This document shows, piece after piece, positions 10,955 to 19,862 of a stretch of 64,000 bases of DNA. Positions within the stretch are counted from its first letter, which is position 1. The number at the start of each line of letters is the position of its first letter. This stretch comes from an uncultured Rikenellaceae bacterium. Lineage in GTDB: Bacteria > Bacteroidota > Bacteroidia > Bacteroidales > Rikenellaceae. The position numbers and the translations under genes were made by a program. The stretch spans positions 13,795 to 77,794 of the forward strand of contig CASEGL010000006.1 of assembly GCA_949287525.1 (NCBI GenBank). The letters run 5' to 3'. The notes under the pieces are model-generated. The model was not told the origin of the DNA, searched no databases, and saw only the letters and a list, made by a program, of their open reading frames with translations.

Positions 10955-13540
10955 CTATTGTTTCAGGAAACTCCGGCGATATTCCGAGCCGTCGTCCTGA
11001 CGCAGCACCATCACATACTGGCCGGCCGGAAGCGCCGACAGATCGCACTGCACACGGTCGGACATCGGACCGTCCGCACCGCCGAATTCGATTCGCCCGA
11101 CTGTCATCGCCAGACGGGCGCCGGCATCGTAAATACGCACCGAAGCCGACCGGCCGGCCGCCCCTTCCAGACCGACCGTGACGGTCGTGCGGACAGGGTT
11201 CGGGTAGAGATTCAGCCCATCCTGCAAGGCAGGCAGCGCAGAGGGATCCTCTTCGTCGTCGCCCCCCTGCCCGTTGTCCTGCGTGACGGTAACGCTCATG
11301 TTCCGCGTAATGGAAGCACCGGCACGATCCGTCACCGTCACACCGACAATCGTCTGTCCCTGTCTCCGTCCTTCGATCGTCAGCGAGGCTCCCTGCACCG
11401 CCACCGTTGCCACCTGTTTGTCCCTGCTCTCCGCCGTATAGACAAGTTCGTCATCGGGCAGATCGGGATCCGTAAAATGTTGCGACAGGTCGATCGTCAT
11501 CCGGAACCGGTCCTCGCCGTCACCCTGCGGCAACGTCACCGGAGACAACGACTTGACCAGCTCCGGTTCGCGGTTGGCATGGGCGAGCGTCGTTCCTTCG
11601 CAGGTGACCGCTTCGGCGGATTCGCGCCCGAAACGGTCCACCGCCCAGACACGGAAAACATAGGTCGTCTCATCCTCCAGGCCGGCGACCTCCGTCTCCA
11701 GCGACCGGCCGACCGACAACCGATTGGGAACCGACAACTCCTTCATTTCGCCCGCCGGCGCCGCATACTGCACGCGGAACGAGGCGACCGGCATGCCGTT
11801 GCCGTCGGCCGGAATCCCTTCGATCGTCAGATACAAGGCTTTTTCGATTCCAGCGCGCGTCCCGGCAGTCACACCGGCCGGAGCCGCAGGAGCGACCGTC
11901 GTCTCCTTCAGTCCCATCAGACCGGCATCGACCAGCCCGACGCCCAGTTTATCCGCTATCGACGGATCGGTCTGAAAGGCATCTACCGGACGATAGCTGC
12001 GCAGCAGCATCTCTTTCAGCCGGTCGGCCGTAAAGCCCGCACCGCCGTAATTGGCCACCAGCAGCGCCGCGACGCCCGACACATGCGGACAGGCCATCGA
12101 GGTGCCGCACATATATACATAGCCGTTCGGGGTATAGCCCTCTTCCTGATTCCAACCGGTACTCAGCACACGGCCTTCCTGGCCGAAAGGCGGATCTTCC
12201 GTGCCGGCTCCTCCGGGCGCCAGGATATCGACATCCGCGCCGATGTTGGAATAGCTGGCCCGACGGTAATCGGGACGCATGGCCGCCACGCAAACCACAC
12301 ACGGCTCCTGGGCAGGCGGGGTAACGGCCGAGGGGTTATAGTTGTTTCCGGCCGCAAATATCAGCACGCCGCCGGCCATCGGGCCTACCTGATTACCGGC
12401 CACATCCTTGCCCGCCTCGTTGATAAAGTAGTCGAAGGCGACGAGCAGATCGGGAGGCGTCTGATCCAGATACGGGAAATTCCAACTGTTCTGACTGATC
12501 ACCGCACCGTTGTCCGCCGCATACACATACGCCGCCACACCGGTCGTCCATTCGTCGTCGTCCGATCCGTACAACGGACAGGACATCAGCCGCACGCCGT
12601 CGCCGTCGCCCGATCCGCCGGCCACACCGGCCACGCCGATCCCGTTGTTGTTCACCGCCGCAATGGTGCCACCCACATGCGTGGCATGTGCCGCAGGCTG
12701 CAGATCGCCCGTATCGGCATAGAAATCATAGCCATACACGTCGTCCACATAGCCGTTGCCATCGTCGTCGATGCCGTTGTCGGGAATTTCACCCGAGTTG
12801 ATCCACATGTTCGCGGCCAGGTCCTCGTGTGCATAATCGACGCCGCCGCCATCCATCACGGCCACGATCACGGCCGGATCGCCCGCCTTGCGGGCCGCAT
12901 CGTTCCACACGTCATACAGCCCGATATCCGCACCCTCCGCAGACGAAGGCATCGAGCCGTCATTGTCGTAGTGCCACTGCCATTTCAGCATGGGATCGTC
13001 GAAAGGCGCGGCATGTTCGCCCTCGCCTGCGCTGCCCTGCCAGCCGTCCTCCGCCGCCGGCATCATGCCCGAACGGATCGTTGCGCCCCAGGTGCCTGCG
13101 TCCGTAGCCACCATCCGGTAAACGGGGCCGACATACTGCACCCCCTCGATGCGGGCGCAGCCATCCGCCGCACGGGTCACGGAAACCGATTCGTCTATTT
13201 TCACATCATACCACAGGTGGAGTCCGTAACGACGGTGCCTTGCCTCAAACCGCGGATCGGTCGGGAAGACCCGGCGCACCTCCGTCGCCCCGGCCTGCAC
13301 CGCCCACGTATCGAGAGCCGCATTACCCGTTGCCACCGCACCACGGGTAAAACTTCCCGTCCGCAACGGCTGCTCCCCCTCGCAGAGACGGATCCGCACC
13401 CAACCGGGAACGATTCCTGCCTCGCCCAGGCCGGTCTCCGTCCGCGCGGGAGTCGTTTCGGTCGGCCGTTCCCGCACGCATGCTGCCGCACAAAGCCCCG
13501 TCAGAGCCAACAACCATACGATGTTTCCTTTCATATTCAT
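10955..13540 (-). CDS. S8 subtilisin-like serine peptidase, lipoprotein signal plus T9SS CTD (paralog 4)
   Basis: ATG 13540 gives MNMKGNIVWLLALTGLCAAAC-VRER. Triad motifs are VAVMDGGGVDYAHEDL, HATHVGGTIAAVNNNGIGVAG and GTSMACPHVSGVAAL. C-terminus is LYPNPVRTTVTVGL...RSFLKQ. Confidence 0.9.
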   Translation of the reverse strand: MNMKGNIVWLLALTGLCAAACVRERPTETTPARTETGLGEAGIVPGWVRIRLCEGEQPLRTGSFTRGAVATGNAALDTWAVQAGATEVRRVFPTDPRFEARHRRYGLHLWYDVKIDESVSVTRAADGCARIEGVQYVGPVYRMVATDAGTWGATIRSGMMPAAEDGWQGSAGEGEHAAPFDDPMLKWQWHYDNDGSMPSSAEGADIGLYDVWNDAARKAGDPAVIVAVMDGGGVDYAHEDLAANMWINSGEIPDNGIDDDGNGYVDDVYGYDFYADTGDLQPAAHATHVGGTIAAVNNNGIGVAGVAGGSGDGDGVRLMSCPLYGSDDDEWTTGVAAYVYAADNGAVISQNSWNFPYLDQTPPDLLVAFDYFINEAGKDVAGNQVGPMAGGVLIFAAGNNYNPSAVTPPAQEPCVVCVAAMRPDYRRASYSNIGADVDILAPGGAGTEDPPFGQEGRVLSTGWNQEEGYTPNGYVYMCGTSMACPHVSGVAALLVANYGGAGFTADRLKEMLLRSYRPVDAFQTDPSIADKLGVGLVDAGLMGLKETTVAPAAPAGVTAGTRAGIEKALYLTIEGIPADGNGMPVASFRVQYAAPAGEMKELSVPNRLSVGRSLETEVAGLEDETTYVFRVWAVDRFGRESAEAVTCEGTTLAHANREPELVKSLSPVTLPQGDGEDRFRMTIDLSQHFTDPDLPDDELVYTAESRDKQVATVAVQGASLTIEGRRQGQTIVGVTVTDRAGASITRNMSVTVTQDNGQGGDDEEDPSALPALQDGLNLYPNPVRTTVTVGLEGAAGRSASVRIYDAGARLAMTVGRIEFGGADGPMSDRVQCDLSALPAGQYVMVLRQDDGSEYRRSFLKQ

Positions 13541-13769
13541 GTTCTTTTTTATTCGTCGTATCCGCAACGGACGCGCCGTATCGAGCCATTCCGCCGGACA
13601 CAAAACGCTATTGCGAGGCTGAATTTAAAGATTTTTTACGAAATCGTCCCATTTTTGGACACAATGTCCGTGATTTTTGCCACCCAGACGACACGCCGTG
13701 CGCCGTCAAAAAAAGGAGCGGCGGGATCGATCGATCCCGCCACTCCAGTTCTTTCGATCCGTCGCGGTA

Positions 13770-16340
13770 CTACCGTTTCAGGAACGACTGACGGTACTCC
13801 GTGCCGTTGTCCAGGCGAACTACCATGACATACGAGCCGGACGACAGAGCGGACAGGTCGTACTCCAGACGATCCTTCACCTCGCCGTTGCCCTTGTCGA
13901 ATACGATGCCTGCATCCTCCAGCACCAGACGGGCGGCGTTGTCATAGATGAGCATTCGGGCGGTATTGCCGTTGGCGCCGTTCACGCCCACTGTCACGGT
14001 CGTCTCGACCGGATTCGGATAGAGCGCCAGACCTGCGCCCAATTCGGGATAATCGTCCTCGTCGGGATCGGGTGGCGTAACCGGATTCTCCTTGACATTC
14101 ACACGCATGTTACGCGAAAGCGACGCTCCGGCCAGGTCGGTAGCCGTAATCGAAATCACCGCACTGCCCATCTGGCGCGCGCTGACCACCAGCACATGGC
14201 CATCCTCCACAGTCACCTCGGCAACCGTCTCGTCGCCGCTCTGAGCCGCAAAGGAGAGTTCATCATCGGGGAAGTCAGGATCCGTAAAATATTCCAGCAG
14301 ATCCATGCGCCCCTCGAAGCTGCCGCTTTCGGGCAACGACATCGGCTCCAGCGGTTTGGACAGCACGGGTTCGCGGTTGGCGTGTTTCAGCGTCGTACCT
14401 TCGCAGGAGACCGACTGACCTTCGTTGCCGAAGCGGTCCACGGCCCACACCTCGAAACGATAGGTCGTCTCGTGTTCCAACCCGTTAATTTCAGCCTCCA
14501 GCGACTCGCCGACCGAGAAGTTGTTGGGAATCACAACCTCCTGCACCTCACCCGCTCCGTCGGCACGCTGGTACGCGACACGGAACGAAGCGACAGGCAG
14601 CCGGGCGGGAGTTGCATCGGCCGGAATGCCGGCAATCATCAGGAACAGCGTCTGCTCCACATTCTCCTCGGTCGTGGCGGAGACGCTCTCGGCGGCTCCG
14701 GGTGCAGCCTGCGGATCGACCAGATCCATCATGTCGGCACGCAGCAGACCCACGCCAAGACCTTCGGTAATCAGCGTGCTGGTCTGATAGGCATCCACCG
14801 TCAGGTAGCTGCGCAGCATCATCTCTTTCAGTTTGGCCTCCGTAAAGCCAGGTCCGCCGTAATTGGCGATCATCAGCGCAGCAACGCCCGACGCATGCGG
14901 GCAGGCCATCGACGTACCGTTCTTATAAGTATAGGAATTCGGGATATATTCGTCTCCGCTCCAGCCGGTACTCAGCACCTTGCCCATCTCGCCGAACTCG
15001 ATATCGTTCGTTCCGGATCCGCCCGGAGCAAAAATGTCCGCACCCGGACCGATATTGGAATAAAGCGCACGCCGATAATTGGCTTTCATGGCCGTAACGG
15101 CCATTACATTCTCCTCGCTGGAGGGAATGCCGATCGCCAGCGACGACTCGTTGCCCGTTGCGAAGAACAGGATGCCGCCGGCCATCGGGCCTACCTGGTT
15201 GCCTTCCGCATCCATACCGGCATTCTCGATAAAATAGGCAATGGCGGTTTTCACGCTCTCGGGCGTCGAAGTGATGGACGGCGAAGAATACTCCCAGCTG
15301 TTCTGGCTGATTACGGCGCCGTTGTCGGCCGCATAGACATACGAGGCGGGAGCTACGGTCTGGTCGCCGCTGTCGTCGGAAGCGTACAGCGGACAGGTCA
15401 TCAGCCGCACGCCGTCGCCATTGCCCGATCCGCCGGCCACGCCGCACACGCCGATGCCGTTGTTATTCACTGCAGCCACCGTGCCGGCGACATGCGTACC
15501 GTGCGATCCGGGCGTAATGTCGCCTGTGCGATGGTAAAAGTCATAGCCGTATACATCATCGACATACCCGTTGCCGTCGTCATCGATGCCGTTGCCGGGG
15601 ATTTCATCTGCATTCACCCACATGTTGTCGATCAGATCCTCGTGGGTATATTCGACACCCATATCCATGATGGCCACGATCACCGACGGATCGCCCGCTT
15701 TCTTTTCCGGATCGTTCCAAACGCTGAACAGGCCGATATCGGCGCCTGCCAGCGATTCGGGCAGCGTACCGTCGTTGTCGTAATGCCACTGATATTTCAG
15801 CTGCGGGTCATTGAAAGGCATTTCGCGCTGACTGCCCTGCCATTCCTGTGCCGGTTCGTCTCCCTCCGACTTCATCTGGGAGGGCAGCAGGTAGCGGGGT
15901 TCGTCCACCACCTGAATCGTGTAGAGCGGCTCGACATGGCTGATCTCGGGCAGCGTCGCAAAACGGGTTGCCGCACGCGACACGGGAACGGAGTCGTCGA
16001 ACTTCACGTCATACCACAGGTGCAGGCCGTAACGACGGTGACGCGCCTCGAAACGCGGATCCGTCGGGAAAACGCGCCGGATCTCCGTCGCGCCCAGTTC
16101 GGCAGCCAAACGGTCGAGTTCTGGATCACCCGACTCGACTTCGCCACGCGTAAAGACGCCCACACGAAGCGGCGTTGCCTTTTCGGTCAGTTTGACACGC
16201 ACCCAACCGCTCATCGCCTCATCGTCGGAATACTGCGCACCGGGCTGGCCCTGCGACGGAACGGCCGTCTCCGTCGCTTCGCGCACGCAGGAGGCAAAAA
16301 CCCCTGCAGCAGCCAATAACAATACAAAATACCGTTTCAT
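13770..16340 (-). CDS. S8 subtilisin-like serine peptidase, lipoprotein signal plus T9SS CTD (paralog 5)
   Basis: ATG 16340 gives MKRYFVLLLAAAGVFASC-VREA. Triad motifs are VAIMDMGVEYTHEDL, HGTHVAGTVAAVNNNGIGVCG and GTSMACPHASGVAAL. C-terminus is LYPNPVETTVTVGV...QSFLKR. It shares RRVFPTDPRFEARHRRYGLHLWYDVK with paralog 4. Confidence 0.9.
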   Translation of the reverse strand: MKRYFVLLLAAAGVFASCVREATETAVPSQGQPGAQYSDDEAMSGWVRVKLTEKATPLRVGVFTRGEVESGDPELDRLAAELGATEIRRVFPTDPRFEARHRRYGLHLWYDVKFDDSVPVSRAATRFATLPEISHVEPLYTIQVVDEPRYLLPSQMKSEGDEPAQEWQGSQREMPFNDPQLKYQWHYDNDGTLPESLAGADIGLFSVWNDPEKKAGDPSVIVAIMDMGVEYTHEDLIDNMWVNADEIPGNGIDDDGNGYVDDVYGYDFYHRTGDITPGSHGTHVAGTVAAVNNNGIGVCGVAGGSGNGDGVRLMTCPLYASDDSGDQTVAPASYVYAADNGAVISQNSWEYSSPSITSTPESVKTAIAYFIENAGMDAEGNQVGPMAGGILFFATGNESSLAIGIPSSEENVMAVTAMKANYRRALYSNIGPGADIFAPGGSGTNDIEFGEMGKVLSTGWSGDEYIPNSYTYKNGTSMACPHASGVAALMIANYGGPGFTEAKLKEMMLRSYLTVDAYQTSTLITEGLGVGLLRADMMDLVDPQAAPGAAESVSATTEENVEQTLFLMIAGIPADATPARLPVASFRVAYQRADGAGEVQEVVIPNNFSVGESLEAEINGLEHETTYRFEVWAVDRFGNEGQSVSCEGTTLKHANREPVLSKPLEPMSLPESGSFEGRMDLLEYFTDPDFPDDELSFAAQSGDETVAEVTVEDGHVLVVSARQMGSAVISITATDLAGASLSRNMRVNVKENPVTPPDPDEDDYPELGAGLALYPNPVETTVTVGVNGANGNTARMLIYDNAARLVLEDAGIVFDKGNGEVKDRLEYDLSALSSGSYVMVVRLDNGTEYRQSFLKR

Positions 16341-16514
16341 TAAAATATAATTTTTACGATCCAAACCGCCTGTCCTCAACGAAGCACTGCGTCGGACAGA
16401 CGTCGGATGCGAAAATAGCGAAATTTATCCCAAAGGCCACTGTTGTTCCCCCGCATGCGGAGGGCCTGCCCGGACTCATTGCCAACCTTTTCGCATCCGA
16501 TCCCTATTTTTTCC

Positions 16515-19079
16515 TTAACGTTTCAACATGGTCGTCGTGTAGCGGTTGTCGCCCAACCGTACCCGAACAGTATACACTCCCGGAGCCAGTCCGGCCACCT
16601 CGTCGATCACGACACTGCCGGTTCCATCCAGCCGTTTTCCATTAACGGCCAATACCTTACGAGCTGCAGCATCATACCACTCGACCGTCACCACACTACC
16701 GGCCACCAGCTTTTCCTGTACGGTCAGCGTCATGCGATCATCTACCGGATTGGGATAGATGTTCAGACCGTCGCGCAGGGTCACTTCGGGCGTATCGGGA
16801 TCCTCAGGATCCTCAGGCTCAGTCGGCGCCTTGATCGTGAAGTAGATGGGTGCCTCGGTCGATGCGCCGCGCTTGTCGGTCGCAATGGCCGTCACGGTAC
16901 AGGTACCGGCTTTCAACGGCGTAACCTGCAGCGTCAGTCCGTTCAGCAACTCGGCGGCAACGACCGTCTCGTCGCTCACCCGACACGAATACGTGATGGC
17001 ATCGCCGTACTGCGTATCGGGTTCCTTGAAGTAGGTGTTCAGAATATACTTCTTGACATACTGAGCCAGTTCCGCCTCATCCTCCACCTCGATGACCACA
17101 TCGGCAAATTCACGGGTCAGTTCGGGAGCATGGTTCTCGTAGATAGCGGTCGTTGCGCTGAACTCGACATATTCGGTAGCATTGCCGTAGCGGTCCACCG
17201 CATTGATCCGGAAGTCGTATGCCGTCTCGCTCTTGCCCTGGAAGACATACACGAACCGTTCACCGGCGCTGTAGTTGTTCGACAGTTCCATCGCCGTCAT
17301 CTCGCCGGCCACGCCGTTCACTACCTCGGCATACTCCAGATTGAACTTCACCACCGGCATGCCGTTGGCATCGAGCGGTACGGGGAACGAGATGGTCACC
17401 GAAGCGGGTGTCGAATCGGCCCGCAAGTCGGTAATCCCGGCCGGTCCCTCGGTCGGCACCTCCAGATCCATCAGAGCAACGTCCACCAGGCCGTTGCCGA
17501 TCTTGCCCGAATATTTGGGATCCATGTAATCGCCGATCGGGCGAACGCTGCCCTCCAGACGCTGGCGCAGGTCGGCAGCCGTGAAGCCCATCCCCTTGTA
17601 CTTGGAGAGGATCAGCGCCGCCACACCGCTCACATGGGGAGCAGCCATCGACGTACCGGACATATAGCCGTACTCGCCGTTGGGCAGCGTGCTGTACACG
17701 TACAGCGCCGAGTTCGGCTCCGTATTGGAGTTGGCTCCGCCCGGCGCCAGCAGGTCGATGCTCTCGCCGTACTCGGAGTAATCGGCCACCTCGTAGAAAG
17801 GCGTCATGGAGGCCACCGCCACCGTACGCGGATCCTTGGCCGGATAATATACCTTGTCGGTACCGGTGTTACCCGCAGCGCACACTACCAGGCCGCCTTT
17901 CATCGGGCCGGTCTGCACGCCATACTCGTCGGTACCGGCACAGTCGATGAAATACTGGATGCCGTCCGAGGTATCCTGTCCCATGCTGTTCTGGCTCACC
18001 GTCCAGCTGCAGTTGGCAATCACGGCACCATTATCGGCCGCATAGGCAAACGCCTCCAGCATGGGGATATCGTCCGAACCGCGCTCGTCCTGGAACTGCA
18101 GGGTCATCAGACGCACGCCGTCGCCCTTGCCCGAACCGCCGGCCACACCGCCGCCGCCGACACCGTTGCCGTTCACAGCAGCGATCGTTCCGGCCACATG
18201 GGTGCCGTGGTTGCCCGGTTTGATATTGCCTGTAGGCTGCTTGTTTTCCGAACCGTTCATGTTCACCATGAAGTTGGCACCGTAGATATCATCGACCACG
18301 CCGTTACCGTCATCATCAATGCCGTTGTCGGGAATTTCATCCGCATTCACCCACATGTTGGCGGCCAGGTCGGGATGGTCGTACTGGATACCGAAGTCGA
18401 GTACGGCCACGATCACCTCCGGATCGCCATAGGTACCGGCCACTTTCCAACCCTCGAACAGGTTGATGTCGGCACCGGCGAGCGAACCGGGGATCGAACC
18501 GTCATTATGATAGTGCCACTGTTTGGGCAGATCGGGATCGTCGAAGGGCATCTCTTCCGACGCGACACGCGCAGCCGTCGCCATGGCGGGGACATACACG
18601 CACGCATCCGGAATGATGGCGTAGTCCTCCATCTTGATCCGGTAGATCGGCTGTGCCACCTGCACGTTTGCCAACGCGGCGATGGAGCGTTCGGCACGCG
18701 TCACCGCCATATTCTCGTCGATTTTCAGATCGTACCACAGGTGCAAACCGTATTTCCGACGGCGCTCGGCGAACTTGCCGCCGTCCAGGAACACCCGACG
18801 AATCTCCGTCACGCCCAGCTCCTGGGCGATCTGGTCGATACGCGGATCACCCGACTCCACTGCACCGCGCGTAAATGCGCCCACCCGCAGCGGTTTGGCA
18901 TCCGGCTTCAGCTTGATGCGCACCCATCCTTTCACCGCGACATCGTCCGGATAATCGGAAAGTTGCGCATCGGCATCCGGCTTCGAGCCTTCGGGTTGTC
19001 CGATGTTTTCCTTCACACAGGAGGCCAGCGCTACCGTCAGTCCCGCGAACAGAGCCGCCCGAAAAAGTTTCTTTCTCAT
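16515..19079 (-). CDS. S8 subtilisin-like serine peptidase, lipoprotein signal plus T9SS CTD (paralog 6)
   Basis: Starts MRKKLFRAALFAGLTVALASC-VKEN. Triad motifs are VAVLDFGIQYDHPDL, HGTHVAGTIAAVNGNGVGGGG and GTSMAAPHVSGVAAL. C-terminus is IYPNPVDDRMTLTV...TTMLKR. Confidence 0.9.
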   Translation of the reverse strand: MRKKLFRAALFAGLTVALASCVKENIGQPEGSKPDADAQLSDYPDDVAVKGWVRIKLKPDAKPLRVGAFTRGAVESGDPRIDQIAQELGVTEIRRVFLDGGKFAERRRKYGLHLWYDLKIDENMAVTRAERSIAALANVQVAQPIYRIKMEDYAIIPDACVYVPAMATAARVASEEMPFDDPDLPKQWHYHNDGSIPGSLAGADINLFEGWKVAGTYGDPEVIVAVLDFGIQYDHPDLAANMWVNADEIPDNGIDDDGNGVVDDIYGANFMVNMNGSENKQPTGNIKPGNHGTHVAGTIAAVNGNGVGGGGVAGGSGKGDGVRLMTLQFQDERGSDDIPMLEAFAYAADNGAVIANCSWTVSQNSMGQDTSDGIQYFIDCAGTDEYGVQTGPMKGGLVVCAAGNTGTDKVYYPAKDPRTVAVASMTPFYEVADYSEYGESIDLLAPGGANSNTEPNSALYVYSTLPNGEYGYMSGTSMAAPHVSGVAALILSKYKGMGFTAADLRQRLEGSVRPIGDYMDPKYSGKIGNGLVDVALMDLEVPTEGPAGITDLRADSTPASVTISFPVPLDANGMPVVKFNLEYAEVVNGVAGEMTAMELSNNYSAGERFVYVFQGKSETAYDFRINAVDRYGNATEYVEFSATTAIYENHAPELTREFADVVIEVEDEAELAQYVKKYILNTYFKEPDTQYGDAITYSCRVSDETVVAAELLNGLTLQVTPLKAGTCTVTAIATDKRGASTEAPIYFTIKAPTEPEDPEDPDTPEVTLRDGLNIYPNPVDDRMTLTVQEKLVAGSVVTVEWYDAAARKVLAVNGKRLDGTGSVVIDEVAGLAPGVYTVRVRLGDNRYTTTMLKR

Positions 19080-19152
19080 CCAAATATCGATTTAAGGTTC
19101 ATACTCAAAATCAACCGGCTGCAACGCCATTACAGTCGAAATTTGCATCTTA

Positions 19153-19160
19153 CAAATATA
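19153..19160 (-). promoter_or_regulatory. Bacteroidota -7 box (TATATTTG) upstream of paralog 6
   Basis: The minus strand reads ACGTTATATTTGTAAGATGCAAATTTCG about 74 nt upstream of ATG 19079. Confidence 0.3.
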
Positions 19161-19366
19161 ACGTTTTTTTCGATCAATTTTCGTCTTCTCCCCATTTTCA
19201 TACTTTGCCAGCGAAAATTGCGTTATCTTTGTTTTCGTTGCGTCCTCTATATACAACGGGGCAACCCCCTTTTTTCTGATGGACGCCCTATCCGACGACG
19301 ACATCTCGCCCCGCGCGCCCCTGCCGGCAGGGCAATGACATGCCGCCGTCCGCAAACGACCGACAC

Positions 19367-19780
19367 ATGGCAGAAGAGATCCGAATAGACAAATGGCTTT
19401 GGGCCGTGCGCATTTTCAAGTCGCGGAGCGATGCCGCCGAGGCATGCCGCATGAACCGCGTACTGGTGAACGACAGCTACTGCAAACCCTCACGCGAGCT
19501 GCGCGAAGGCGACATCGTGGCGGTACGCAAACTGCCCGTCACCTACACCTTCCGCGTCAAGGGACTGGTTTCCAACCGGCAGCCGGCCAAGAACGTCCCG
19601 CTCTATGCGGAGAATCTGACCCCGCAAAGCGAACTGGACAAGCTCAACCCGCCCCGCGAGACCATCTTCATTTCGCGCGACCGCGGCACCGGACGCCCCA
19701 CGAAAAAGGAACGCCGCGAGATCGACGCCCTCATGGACGACCTCTATCTCGACGAAAGCTTCCTGCCGGACGACGAGTAA
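19367..19780 (+). CDS. hslR: ribosome-associated heat shock protein Hsp15 (S4 RNA-binding domain)
   Basis: MAEEIRIDKWLWAVRIFKSRSDAAEACRMNRVLVNDSYCKPSRELREGDIVAV...GRPTKKERREIDAL closely parallels the Hsp15 pattern RLDKWLW..R..K.R..A......G.V..NG...KPS. Size about 137 aa. Confidence 0.8.
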   Translation: MAEEIRIDKWLWAVRIFKSRSDAAEACRMNRVLVNDSYCKPSRELREGDIVAVRKLPVTYTFRVKGLVSNRQPAKNVPLYAENLTPQSELDKLNPPRETIFISRDRGTGRPTKKERREIDALMDDLYLDESFLPDDE

Positions 19781-19799
19781 CCCGTCCCGCCCGAAAGAC

Positions 19800-19835
19800 A
19801 AGGGGAGCGGCTTTTCCAAAGCCGCTCCCCTTTTT
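19800..19835 (+). terminator. rho-independent terminator after hslR (bidirectional shape)
   Basis: GGGGAGCGGC (19802-19811), loop TTTTCCAAA, GCCGCTCCCC (19821-19830), then TTTTT. A perfect 10-bp GC-rich stem with flanking A/T that can extend it. It sits between convergent hslR and the last phage-block gene. Confidence 0.8.
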
Positions 19836-19862
19836 CGCATCCGCCGTCACGGTCCTGCTCCG

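Larger units (their letters stand above)
2669..19079 (-). repeat. tandem array of six paralogous S8 peptidase genes (gene-scale repeat)
   Basis: Six consecutive same-strand ORFs share one domain order and long conserved peptide motifs. See the individual CDS entries. Confidence 0.9.

Noticed and set aside
19092-19355. 87-aa minus-strand ORF between paralog 6 and hslR
   Set aside because: It lies in the divergent promoter region, contains the AT-rich promoter-like DNA and has odd composition. Nothing supports it.
7880-19388. Very long plus-strand ORFs (686, 956, 880 and 981 aa at 7880-9940, 10958-13828, 13677-16319 and 16443-19388) running opposite to the protease genes
   Set aside because: They are antisense shadows of strongly supported genes in GC-rich DNA. 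The translations are Arg/Gly/His-rich with no recognisable motifs, whereas the minus-strand products carry complete S8 and T9SS signatures.
19781-19862. Direct repeats (att sites) shared between the left edge (19781-19862) and right edge (35168-35300) of the phage region
   Set aside because: The only shared word is about 8-9 nt (CTTTTCGC), which is not significant. Boundaries remain undefined.
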